DNA of 62,456 bases, taken from assembly GCF_006345805.1 (NCBI RefSeq), contig NW_021832544.1:1-62456 (forward strand), given 5' to 3'. Under the pieces are notes generated by a model. The model saw only the letters and a list, made by a program, of their open reading frames with translations, was not told the origin of the DNA and did no database searches. Made by a program: the position numbers and the translations under genes. Of the stretch, positions 1 to 12,738 are shown one piece after another (position 1 is the stretch's first letter; the number at the start of each line of letters is the position of its first letter). The DNA is from Octopus sinensis. Its lineage: Eukaryota.

Positions 1-53
1 AGGACCGCCTCCAAGTATCGATGTCCACCCTATCGAAAGCTTTCGATTGATCC

Positions 54-478
<425 letters not shown>

Positions 479-599
479 GGTGGTTGTCCTTATGCAGAGT
501 CTGGTCACTTCTTGTAATTACACCTTAGATCCATCATGGTGTCCGATATAGCTTTTTAAACCAGATAGTGTATTGAAAAGACACCCACATAGATTGCAT

Positions 600-1078
600 A
601 TCTAACTTGGACCACCAAGGGCTGCAGTTAAGTTCTGATCTTTGTGGATCTTATAAATGTCTTTCGAGGCCCCCATTAGAATTGCAGTCCTTGTGGTACA
701 CACGGCATTGAAAAGTGTGCACAGATAAATAGGCAGAGTGGTTGGTGGAAATTCGTTTTCCATGAGGAACGCAAATGAGATTTGAGCCAGCAAAAGAGAG
801 GTATGGTCTGTCACACAAATGGTCACTGAGGTTCACCTTCTCGATCGCAACATTCTTCTTTAAATCTCTCTTGAGTCTTGCATGTATTATCCTGGCTTCC
901 TCAGACGCTTTCACTTCACTCCACACTTTTGTTTGCCATCCAGTTCGATCCGAAGCGGGGTTTCTACGACCTTTGGATCCATTCCAAGTGTTTTCATGTT
1001 AGTCTTTATTGCCGGCTTTAAACCTCTTTCTAGGTTTACACAGATTGTGTTTCCCCTCTGTAAGTTCGCCATAAAAGA
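600..1078 (-). mobile_element. RTE-clade LINE 3' fragment (degenerate)
   Basis: Minus strand reads LYGELTEG..., VWSEVKASEEARIIHARLKRDLKK and two C2H2-like remnants (CDRPYLSFAG..., FQCRVYHKDCNSNGGLERH). Homologous to 36470-36930 (shared acattcttctttaaatctctcttgagt). Confidence 0.75.
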
Positions 1079-1097
1079 GCTACAGCATCATGTCTCA

Positions 1098-1543
1098 CCG
1101 GTAATCTGGTTGTTGGTCCATGATAGACTGCTTTGATGATCAATGTTACAATAATCTTGGAGCGTTGGATAATCATCTCGGTCCATGGATAATCTGTGGC
1201 TCATATACGCTCTTCCTTCCATCTGATGATACGTAGCGGTAGAGTTGTGCGACTTCTTTGGGAATGTATTTAAGGTTATCAGACAATGACTGCTGCTCAA
1301 GGAGCTGCTTTCCAAGTCTTATGATGCTATCAACTTCATGTATGCAAACTTGATCAAGGGATACACTTCGATACCTCGTGGTTAAAAAAATTTTGCCGAA
1401 GGGATATGATACGACATTCGAAGGCATTTTGGATCGCTGTTAAGCCTCTGCCGCCTTGTTTTCGTTTTAGATAGAGGCCACCTACATCACTGTTGATGTG
1501 GAAATCATGTGTGCTGATTAGTTTTATGTGCTGGCTCCGCAGT
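1098..1543 (-). mobile_element. R4/Dong-like (RLE) non-LTR retrotransposon, post-RT segment, inverted
   Basis: Minus strand gives FHINSDVGGLYLKRKQGGRGL (the RLYxxRxxGGRGL motif of RLE elements) and ends in IDHQSSLSWTNNQIT. Confidence 0.8.
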
Positions 1544-2010
1544 GTATCATGGACCAACATCCGGATTTCTACCTCCCACTTTGAAGGGTATTGGAGTTAA
1601 CACCGAAGATATCATCCACATCATAAACCGTTATCTGCAACTGTCATCACAGTATTATCTGCCGATGAGACATTATGTTGTAGCTAGCTGTCGGAAGGAT
1701 GACCCCAAGGCCAAAGAAATAAGAACCCACAGTACGGTAGAAGCCATAGCCACTCATAATAAAAAGGATTACTGGTGGAATGTCCCAGTGAAAACTTCGA
1801 TATAATGAAAAACGTAATAGTCCTAACATAATAATTTGGGATAGAGAAAAAAAACTGTGTCCAGTTGTGAAAATCAGCTTCCAGGCGGATGTTAACAAAA
1901 CTAAAGATCAGCGAAAACGAAAATAGCACCGTTAAACTATTGTAGAATCTACAGCTACTCTATCCAGATTAAAGTTCAGATTTATACCTGCAATTATTAG
2001 AACACTAGAT
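1544..2010 (+). mobile_element. R4/Dong-like non-LTR retrotransposon, CCHC plus restriction-like endonuclease segment
   Basis: Plus strand gives SWTN..., GVNTEDIIHII...YYLPMRH (zinc-knuckle remnant and RH motif), YWWNVPVKT, a degenerate PNIIIWDREKK (PD motif) and FIPAIIRTL. Homologous to 41520-41810. Confidence 0.8.
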
Positions 2011-2931
2011 ATGGACGTCCTGCAACTGCCACCACCGAGAAAAACATTGATCGTATTCACCACAGAGAGACGGATGATAGGCGATTGACTATAAATCAAA
2101 ATAGACAATGCTATCAGCATACCCCGAGAGAGTTGAGAATATTCTGCACAATGAACCTGGCATGACGATGGTTTCTACTTTGTGGACACCACGTCTTCTG
2201 ACATCTGATCAAAAGCGCACCAGATTGATTACATCACAGGAAAATCTGACGTTGTTTGAGGCTGATCCAGCTGGTTTCTTTGAACGTTTCGTAAGCCATA
2301 ATGAGCGTTGGATTTAGCACTTTGAGCCCGAGACAAAATAGCAATATATGCAGAATAAACACCACGTCCTCACCTGATCCAAAGAAGGTTAACATCGCTT
2401 TATCTCCAGGAAAGGTAATGGCCTCAGTTTTGGGGGATACAAAAGGCATTTTGTTTATTGACTATCTTCAAAAAGGCCACACCATTCATTGAGAGTATTC
2501 TGGCAACTTGTTGAGGCAGTTACGACAGGCTACGAAGACGAAACGCCCAGGAAAACTGACGGAAGGAGTCTTGTACCATTGAGACAAATGTTCCAGTACA
2601 AAGTCCCTGTTCTGCATGACTGTGGCTTTGAACTGGTTGACCAGCTTCCCTATTCTCTTGATTTGGTCCCATCTGGCTATCATCTGTTCTTTAGCAATAA
2701 AAATCACTTCGCTTGGAACCAGTACCACAGTGATGATGACGTCATATCTGCTGTTGATGACTTTTTTGACCAATCAGATGACAGCTTTTTCCCCAAAGGG
2801 ATTCAAGGATTTCAACACCGATGGAAGAAGTTTGTGAACTGCAAGGGGGACTATGGTGAAAAATTGATCGTATTTGGCCACGTTCCCTGAGAGAATCTTG
2901 GTCAGCCTATGAACTTTTCAGCCGACCCTCG
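2011..2931 (+). mobile_element. Mariner (Tc1/mariner DD34D-type) transposon relic, 5'-truncated, 3' TIR retained
   Basis: Frameshifted transposase with GRPATATT, WTPRLLT (WVPRxL), KVMASV..DTKGILFIDYL, YSLDLVPSGYHLF (YSPDLAPSDYHLF) and RWKK..KGDY. Ends in tcagcctatgaacttttcagccgaccctcg followed by TA (2932-2933). Confidence 0.9.
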
Positions 2932-2951
2932 TAGTAAAATATTTCAAATTT

Positions 2952-3376
2952 GGCTGAGTCGTAGGACGTTTCTTTCCGAATCACATGGTTCTGGGTTCAG
3001 TCCTATTGCATGGCACCTTGGGAAAATGTTTTCTATTATAGCACCGAGCTAAAAAAGCCTTGTGGGTGATCTTGGTAGACGGTAACTGAAAGAAGCCCAT
3101 CGTGTGAGTGTGTGTGTGTGTGAGTGTGTGTGTGTGTGAGTGTGTGTGTGTGAGTGTGTGTGTGTGTGCGTGTGTTTCTTTATGTGTGTTTGTCACACCA
3201 CCGCCGCTTGACAACCGATGTTGGTGTGTTTACGTCTCCGTAACATAGGGGTTGCGGATAAGGGTCCGATAGAATAAGTACCAGGCTTAAAAAATAAGAA
3301 CTGGGGTCGATTCGTTCGACTATAAGTCTTCAAGGCGATGCTCCAGTATGGCCACAGTCTAATGACTGAAACAAGC
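2952..3376 (+). mobile_element. tRNA-derived SINE, family A (internal GT tract)
   Basis: B-box-like gggttcagtcc, CORE-like ggcaccttggg, gtagacggtaactgaaagaagccc, and tail ggggtcgattcgttcgacta...aatgactgaaacaag. The same blocks recur in at least 6 other copies in the window. Confidence 0.85.
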
Positions 3377-3489
3377 AAATGGTTCAAGATTTAAATTTTA
3401 AAACACTCGTCACAAGAATCACTGATCTTCGCCAGACGAATATTAGGAAGAGACTAAGCCGACCCTCGTAGTAAGATATCTCAACCGAC

Positions 3490-3967
3490 ACGCACACACA
3501 CACAAACGCTCACACACACGCACACACACAAACACACACACATACTCACAAACATACACACACGCACACACACACAAACACACTCAAACACACACACAAT
3601 CACACACAAACACACACACAAACACACAAACACTCACACAAACACACACAAGCACTCGCACACACACACACACACGCACACACACACTCACACACGCACA
3701 CGCACACACTCACACGATGGGCTTCTTTCAGTTTCCGTCTACCAGGATCACCCACAAGTCTTTTTCAGCCCGGTGCTATAACAGAAGACATTTTCCCAAG
3801 GTGCCATGCAGTAGGACTGAACCCAGGACCACATCGTTGGGAAGAAAACGTCTTACGACTCAGTCACACTTGAAACATTTTACTACGAGGGTTGGCTGAA
3901 AAGTTCATAGGCCGACCCAGATACTCTCAGGGAATGTGACCAAATAAGGTCTATTTTCCAACATAGT
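3490..3967 (-). repeat. Inverted duplicate of 2850-3180 (mariner 3' end, junction, SINE-A head, CA tract)
   Basis: The reverse complement aligns continuously with 2850-3180, including the junction ccctcgtagtaaaat. Confidence 0.85.
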
Positions 3968-6129
3968 TTTAACGAACGAGGTTTAACGAAACCGAGGGTA
4001 AATATATACCAAAATTATTCCTTGTTTTTTTTTTTGGCATTGCAACGGTTATTTCTACACCTTGTTGACGACTGCAAAGCGTTGCGGTTGCTAAAAGAGT
4101 CAACGGACGAAGCGAAATAAAAAAGTACCATCGTAGATTTGGACAACGGAAAAAATAGTTTATGTGAGATTATCAGGAAGCGATGCTTATCACGCGCAAA
4201 CAGGCGAAAAACTCGACTCCTCATCAACAAAGAGTGGAATATATTGAATAAAATAAAATAAAATGTTTGCAAACAGTGCAGAGAGAAGAATACTTGTATA
4301 CAAATTATTCGCCGCCATACAGCAGTTTTAAGTGTTTGAAAAACTCCGACATCAGAGCGGAGAAACGCTGAAGGGAAAATAATAAGAAATTGACAGCATC
4401 ACGGGGTATGTGGGGGGAACGGGGGACAATCATTAAATTTACAGAAAATTAATTATTAAGAAGCTATGGATTAATTGTCTGAAATAAGAGAATGAATGGG
4501 AAGTAGAATGACTCTAAGAAATTTGAAAAACTATTGTCTCTGCATCGAACTAAAAGTTTGCAGTCTCAATAATTAATAACCCCACGAAGGTAATTGAAAA
4601 GTTCAGAGTAGAAAACGCAAGGAATATATTTGATGGACGGATACTGGTACACAAAGACCTGGCTTCCTATCTGGGCATTTTATCAACCTTTACCGATCAA
4701 GATCTTAGTGTAGATTTAATATTGGAAGGCGGTTGACATCAGTAGAAATAAAACTGGAATTTCATCATGTGTCGAGCAGCTTCTAATTAAGAAAATTGTG
4801 ATGTAAGAGATGCAGAGGAGAGAGAGAACGAGTTCGATTATAGTGTAACCCGACTTCTTGCCATTGTCATCATTCTGAATTTAAATACAAGAAGAGAGTG
4901 TAATGTCGCTGATAAGATTCTATATCACAAGTACACATTCTTCTGTGATGTTTATAACTTGAGTAAATCCGGTTTGGGGGAATTAACCTGATACATTGCT
5001 TCTTTGTGGACAATGTGACGTTAATTGACAAAATTAGAAATATGAGGAACCCAGAACTGGCTACGCCATTTTAAAAAAAGAGAAAATGGTTTTGCTCAGA
5101 AGAAATGTCCATTCCTCTTCATAGTAAACCAAGAGAAAGTCAGAAAGCAGCCAAACTCCAATTCTATTAACGACATCACTATTTCTTCGATATCTGACGA
5201 TAGCAATCCTACAAGTATTTTGTTTTCATGCGGTATGCTTTGAGGACTACAGCTGAATTATGGATATGCAGCTCTTTCAGTAGCTGACCTGCGGTTTCTG
5301 CGACCAAAGCGGTGTCACCGACCATTTGGAAGTGTGTCAGCCACACACCAATGATGTTGATGCCGTCCTTCCGGTTACTATTCCAAATGACTATTTTAAG
5401 ACACGCGGTGAAGAGCTTTGGGAAAATGGCATTACCTTGTTAAACACCTTCCCCACAGGAATTTCAAGTTGTCTCCAGGTTACTTTCCTGAAAGCATCCT
5501 GCAACTGTGTCACAGCAAAGGCCTTGCTGTGTTGATTCCTCGTCGAGATACGCTGTGGCATTTTCTCGGTAATTTTGTCAATGACAAACAATCATCGCTG
5601 CAGGTGTTGAAAGGTGTTACAACTGAGATGTCTTGCAATGTCATCTGTCGACCAGGATGTTGTCGGAGTCGGGCACTTGAGTTTATCCTAGTCAATCTCT
5701 TTCCAGATCTTTTCCTGAACAGACTATTCCGGGATGATTTATTTTCGCCTCTGCCATGGGGACTAAACTTTTTCCCCTTCCTTTTCTTTCTCTCAATCCA
5801 ACTTTTCTAACATGTTTCTCACTTTGTCATCCTTTCTCGACCTTTGCATTGACACCCTCCATCACGACAGTATAATTGGTTTTTGGAGCTAATAATGATT
5901 TACGAGGTTTTCATACGCTCTCCTATTTTGTCATCCTTGCTGTTACATGTAAAGGCTATAGATCTGGAGGATCTTGAGTATCACATTTCCTGACAGACGG
6001 ACATTTAGCATCCTTGTGCAATATGAAGACAAATTGTACAACATGATTTTCGACGCTTACTATTAGTTACGATAAATCATATGTACACACATATGATTAT
6101 ATGTATATGATTATATGTATATATATATA

Positions 6130-6197
<68 letters not shown>

Positions 6198-6870
6198 CTA
6201 GCAGTAATACCCGTCGTTCATCGGATAATTACTTTTACTCTTTCTCAGGAGTCACATTCAAAGTATTATTATATATATAATAGATTTCTCAACGGGGATT
6301 TCAGGGGCGAGTTTCAGGGAGTCGCTGACGATGTATCGTGATGATCAAAAATCCAGCCTGCTAAAATTTGGTTAAAGTGATCCAAACTGCAGACTCAACG
6401 CAAAATGGTCACATTTAATTCAAAGCGTTAAAAATGTTATGAAAACAATTGGTATGTGTTCACAAAGTCCAAATGATTAATACGAAAAAACCCTCCAGGC
6501 TACATCCCGAAAATTCATTTCTTTTCCGAATTTCTACAATGTTTACGGCGATTCGTATTTATATCTTGATTTTTTTTATCATGCAATTTACGCATGCTTG
6601 CACGCGTGGTGAACACAGTTTACGTCAAACAGCTGACTGAGTAAAGTTCACTATTCAATGCATGGGATAAGGCCTAAACAAACACATTATCGATTTTTGC
6701 ACTTGCGAGATGAATTTTGGAACAGAAATAGCGCAGTTCAATTTTCATTCGCCTAAACTTTAAGTGACCCATTTTTTGTGGTTCTACGATTTGTTGGCTA
6801 GGAGGAGGTGTACCGGAAGTTAAACACACAGACACACACACAGATACACACAGAGATACACAAGTTGAGT

Positions 6871-6880
<10 letters not shown>
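6198..6880 (-). mobile_element. Non-autonomous Helitron-like element
   Basis: Minus strand ends in an imperfect GC hairpin (ccgatgaacgacggg), a short spacer and CTAG|T at 6201-6198. The other end merges into (TA)n via tatataactcaac, as does the element at 52048-53515. Confidence 0.6.
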
Positions 6881-6913
<33 letters not shown>

Positions 6914-7924
6914 ACCACACAATGATACTGTGTGGACTGCTTAGTTTAAGTCAAATAATTTGGACGTTCAAAGATGAATTGATCAACGACATTCTCGTCA
7001 TGACCATCTCGTCTTTTTACTGGTTTCTGGGACTACACAGGACGTTGTGGTCACCTGTTTTCAAGGTGGTGGCAATGATTTTGGAGAGATTTAGAAATTA
7101 CTTCTTGAGAGTCGAGCTTCTTGGTCAGGACTATATTTCCAGTTTTGTTTTTTTTAAATCTAGTTTCTTTCTTTCTTTTTTCTTTCATTTTTTTTGGTCT
7201 TTTGGTTGCTTTGTAGCTAAAGATGAACGTGTTCTTGTTAATAATTGGGATGGCATCATGGTAAAGCAATTTCCTTCCAGACAAATTTGTTGAATTCACT
7301 TTAGATTTGTATTTGGTGAATTATCCAACTTTATACACAGAATGCTGTAAAGAAGCGAAAAGACAGAAACCCTGAAAGTTAGTAGCGATGTCCATTCGGT
7401 GACCGTTGTCATGGAATCAGTGTCAATCTACATGAATATTACCGACACCCGTCTCTAAACTCAAGAAGAAAAAAAAAGAAATAAAGCACATAACTGGAAA
7501 TCAGAAGGAAAAAGGAAAGAAAAACTGTCGGCCTGTAAAAACGTGGTACATTTTTAAACTGTTGCAGTGGAACGGAACCATTGAGTAGGTCGCAGAAGTG
7601 TGACGAAAATGTTGAAGTCTTGTGAAATAAATTTAAATTTAAAATGAATTTAACAGCTTTGTGTGTTATTAAATGGCCAGAATGACTCTTCCAGACTGTA
7701 GTTGCTGCGTCGGTTCCAACACTGGGTCTCTGATCAAGTCACTTGGAAGACAACATCTAAAAGATGAAAAGATGGCGTCAGATAATATGTAGAGATTCCG
7801 GGTTTCAATTAAACCATAATTACAACTGTACAGTGTTACAGATATGGATAGATTCTATTGGAGAAAAGAGTTTGGGAATGTCAATAAATCAATATGTAGA
7901 TATGAATGTATTCATGCATGAATG

Positions 7925-8120
7925 GTAGAAGTGGTGGTAGTGACGGCGGCGGTGGCGGCCGTGTTTGGAGTGGTGTTGATTGTGATTGCTGTAAAAGTTC
8001 AGTTGTTGACCTTGTTGTTGTTGTTGTTGTCGGTGGTGGTGGTGGTGGTGGTTGTGGTGGTGGTGGTGGTGGTGGTGGTGGTAATGGTGGTAATGGTGGT
8101 GGTGGTGGTGGTGGTAGTTT
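7925..8120. repeat. (GGT)n/(GTT)n trinucleotide tract
   Basis: Visible repeat; source of the poly-P/G/V ORFs. Confidence 0.95.
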
Positions 8121-8488
8121 CATTGTTGGTTGCAGCCTTCGGTCAGTTTTTCTGATCGAACGCACTAATATTTTCAATATTGGAAGCTGCTACAGTGAAC
8201 TTTGAAGATGATTAGGTGGCTAGGTCTAGCAGGTCAAGTGCCTGTGTAGAAGCTGTTTGCTTGACTTATGCGTGGAAGTGCATATATCAATGTAAATGGA
8301 GGAATTCATATACTTCAGTTTTACCAAACATTATCACAGAGAGACATTGATGTTCTCTATAAAAAGATTTCCTTCAATATGTTACACTTAACGTTTCATC
8401 CAACTTCTTTCCCCGCTTCTTCTGCAACGAAGTGAATAGAATTAATGATATTGATGTTGATGTATGCTTATATCATACAGTATATATA

Positions 8489-8711
8489 CCTGTTTCTTTA
8501 CTACCCACAAGGGGCTAAACATAGAGGGGGAAACAAGGACAGACAAACGGATTAAGTCGATTACATCGACCCCAGTGCGAAACTGGTACTTTATTTATCG
8601 ACCCCGAAAGGATGAAAGGCAAAGTCGACCTCGGTGGAATTTGAACTCAGAACGTAACGGCAGACGAAATACGGCTACGCATTTCGCCTGGCGTGCTAAC
8701 GTTTCTGCCAA
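8489..8711 (-). mobile_element. tRNA-derived SINE, family B
   Basis: Reverse complement matches 34227-34445 (gtcgattacatcgaccccagtg, gaccccgaaaggatgaaaggcaaagtcgacctcgg, aatttgaactcagaacgta). Confidence 0.9.
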
Positions 8712-8787
8712 CAAGCTGAACGAATGGCTGGGCCCTCCATATTCAGCTTATCACTGCAGACTCATATTCTATAGATTAGTGGCCATA

Positions 8788-9130
8788 GGCGCAGGCGTGG
8801 ATGTGGTAAGAGACTTACTCCCCAACCACATGGTTCCAGGTTCAGTCCGTACCACTGCTTGCTACTTTGGACAACTATCTTTTACTATAGCCTCAGCTGA
8901 CCAAAGCCCAGCAAATGGATCTGGTTGAGGGAAACTAAAAGAATCCCGGCCTATACATGGGTATATTTATGTGTGTGTGTGGGGGGGGGGTTCCCCGCCA
9001 CCGCTTACCAAATCTCAGCGGTTCTGCAAAAGAGATAGAGAGAATTAGTACCAAGCTTCAATAATTATATGAACTGGGGTCGATTCATTCGACTAAAAAT
9101 TCTTCAAGGTGTTGCCCCAGCATGGCCGCA
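8788..9130 (+). mobile_element. SINE family A
   Basis: Head ggcgcaggcgtggatgtggtaag...cccaaccacatggttccaggttcagtcc; tail ctggggtcgattcattcgactaa...cagcatggccgca. Confidence 0.85.
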
Positions 9131-9519
9131 TGCATTAATTAACTTCCAGTAATATACTGGGGGCCATATGTAAAATCTTGACGAAAGAGAAAATACTTTT
9201 CCCAGTGCCATTGCTGGTTTAAGTGTAAAGAATTTCCATTAGTAAAGCATCGAAACTCGGCAGAAATCTCCACCGGGCAAGTAGCTTCATGTACCACGTG
9301 ATCACAGTTTCATGCAGAAATGCCTTTAGTGGTAACATTTATGTATAGGCATGCGTATGCTTGTGTGTATTTGTGGATGTTTGTGTGTGCATGAAGAGAA
9401 GTGTAACCGTTATATGTATTTCTATACAAAACACTTAGCTCACTATGGCTCCAGTAAACGGTTCCTTTACGAAAATACCGACAACTTGCCTTCCAATAAC
9501 ATCACGTGGCTGATACATA

Positions 9520-9556
<37 letters not shown>

Positions 9557-9786
9557 TCATGCATACTTATAAGAACATACATACGTACATACACATGTGT
9601 GTGCGAGTGTACATGTATATATATATATATATATAATATATATATATATAGATAGATAGATAGATAGATAGATAGAAACAGATGAACGCATACACACGTG
9701 TGTGTGTATATGTATGTATATGTATATATATGTATGTATATGTATATATTATATATATATATATATTATATATATATATATATATA

Positions 9787-9864
<78 letters not shown>

Positions 9865-10323
9865 TGTATGTATGTATGTATGTATGCATGTATGTAAGTA
9901 TATGTATATATATACGTCCTGTCCCAGACCCTACCCCACCCCACCCCTATCCTGCTCTATACACTTGTTTATTTTCGATCCCCTTCACATTTCTCCGGCA
10001 ACCTCAATGAGTTTCTTCTTCTGGTTTTTACCCTGACATTTTAAAGGAACCCAAGCGATATGATGCAAATTCAAGTACATCGAAGTAAGAACCAATCTTA
10101 CACCGCCACCACCACCACCACCACCACCATCGCCGCCGCCGCCGCTACCACCACCACCAACACCACCATCGCCGCCGCCGCCGCTGCCACCACCACCACC
10201 ACCACCATCAGATTAACGCCATTAGAAATATTCTATATGTTAAGTAGCTTTTCATCAACTTCCTTCCATAGGACCCGTCTTCAGGAGGCATGTTATTACA
10301 ATATGTAATGATGAAATGCAGGC

Positions 10324-10367
<44 letters not shown>

Positions 10368-10658
10368 ATAGTAGTAGCAGCAATTATATTAGTTTATGTT
10401 GGTGGTGATAACATTGCTGTTATTTCTGATGGTGGTGGTGGTGGTGACATTATTTTCGCAGTTATTGATGTTCTTGTTGTTGCTTGTTGTAGCGGTGTCG
10501 TTGTTGTTGCTGGTGTTGTTGTTGTTGGTGTTGCTTCTATTAGTGCTGTTATTGTTGTTCTTGTCGTTGTTAACGGTCTTGTAGTTGTTCTTGTGGTTGT
10601 TATTAGTGATGGTGGTGGTGGTGATTTTTGCAGCTGATTCGCTGCTGCTTCTGCTGCA

Positions 10659-10691
<33 letters not shown>

Positions 10692-11091
10692 GATGAAGAT
10701 GATGATGATGATGATGATCATCATCATCATAATCATGATGGCGGCGGCGGCGATGGTGTTAGCGGAGGTCTAACGCTTTATTGATGTTTTACTTGTAATG
10801 GCGTTTATGTCAGTTGATAATGGTTGTTGAGATTGTTGTTTCGGTGGTGGTGGTCGTGGTGGTGGTGGTTGCAGTTATAGTATTTATGATGGTCGATGTT
10901 GTCGAAGTTTCCCTACAGATACCATTCTGCTTACCTTCGTTTGCTGGTGTGTGTGTGTGTGTGTGTGTGTGTGTCCTTGCCTGCTATTTAGGAAAATTAA
11001 AAACTTAAAGGAGAGAAAAATTACAAGGAAATGGAAATCTGTTTAGATTCGCAAGAATATAAATACAAATATGTGTACGTGTGTGTGTATG

Positions 11092-11141
<50 letters not shown>

Positions 11142-11403
11142 TGTGTACATATATATATATATGCATATATGTGTGTGTATGTATACATATATATACATGT
11201 ATATATATGTGTGTGTGTGTATATACATATATATGTATACATATATATACATATATATATATGTGTGTGTGTATAATATATGTGTGTGTGTATATATATA
11301 TGTGTGTATATATATAAGTATATATATGTACATGTATATATGTGTATATATGTATATATATATATATATATTAATATGTATATATAGACATATATATACA
11401 TAT

Positions 11404-11463
<60 letters not shown>

Positions 11464-11534
11464 GCATATATATGCATATATTAATATACCGATAGTTAGA
11501 TAGACAGACAGACGATTAGATAGATAGGTATATT

Positions 11535-11623
<89 letters not shown>

Positions 11624-11625
11624 AG
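9520..11625. repeat. Microsatellite cluster: (CA), (TA), (TATG), (ACC/GCC), (AGT), (GTT/GGT), (GAT), (ATAG)
   Basis: Many adjacent simple repeats separated by short unique stretches. Confidence 0.95.
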
Positions 11626-12468
11626 AGTGAGTGTGTACCTACTGATCTAATTGTAGATCTCTAGTTACGAATGTATTGATTAGCATATTCACTCATTGAA
11701 ATATAATTATTTGTGCATATCTTATAGGCATACATACACTGTAGGAATGTTTGCACACACCCTCCACACACACACATATACAATGTACATGTGTGCGTAT
11801 GTGTATAAATATATCTTTTTTATATACTATTGATATTTATACATATATACATTCACATAAATATATAAACATACCTACCTACCTACATACAAAGATACAT
11901 ACATACATACATACATACATACATACTTATATACACACATTGTGAACGCTTGTATTGATGCGCCGGTGAATCTCTGCTACCAAATAACAGAACATGGCAC
12001 TGATAAACCAAACAATTTCTACAAGAAACCTACTTCATTTGCTTATTTAAGAATATGGTTGATTTGTTAAACTTTCTGTGATGTGCACCATTTCAATATA
12101 TCTTCTCCTCCCCACCTATAATTTATTATCGAATATCGATATCCAATGCTGATTGCGACTGCATCAATATCCTGGCCTTACTATATTCCAGATAACACTG
12201 AAAGCTGACGAAGATCTAAAAGGCCTAACCATAGTAAAGTTGTTTTTAAGTTCGCTGTTTGACTATTCAGTGTTCGTACTTAATCCACTTTGTACTATAT
12301 CTTTCTGTCAGTTTATCAATATGTACCCGTAATACTCAAGAGTAGGTTTAAAAGATTGTACTCCTCACTGTTGTACAAAAAATGGATTTCTATTTTATGA
12401 TAAACTCATTTCGTTTTGGGATTTGGTTTGCAAGATTGTTTATGTGAGTTCGTGTGTTGAAGCATATT

Positions 12469-12738
12469 CTGTTGTGTCTAGGGAGAGCCATTCCCTTTTA
12501 GTGCCTTATAATTTAACTCACTCACCGGTAAAATTTCCACTCATTTACTTATTTATCTTGCTAAAACTTTCATTGCGTCTTGCAACATTTTCAATAGTTT
12601 TGAGTCAAAACTATTGAAACGGTTGCAAGACTCAACAAAAGTTTTAGAAAAATAAAAAATAAATAAATGTAAATTTTACCGGTTAGTGTGTTAAATTATA
12701 AGGCACTAAAAGAGAATTACTCTCCCCAGACACAACAG
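12469..12738. repeat. Fold-back palindrome, ~135 bp arms, centre ttttga-g-tcaaaa
   Basis: ctgttgtgtctagggagag...caccggtaaaattt...caatagtttt is mirrored by aaaactattg...aaattttaccggt...ctctccccagacacaacag. Same family as 26983-27128. Confidence 0.9.

Noticed and set aside
5391-5700. Possible piggyBac transposase (IARHLSCNTFQHLQR, ARPLL)
   Set aside because: The motifs lie in different frames, with no catalytic DDE/D signature and no TTAA-flanked TIRs.
7881-8205. Poly-Pro/Gly ORFs resembling formin or glycine-rich proteins
   Set aside because: Pure (GGT)n repeat with no flanking domain or exon evidence.
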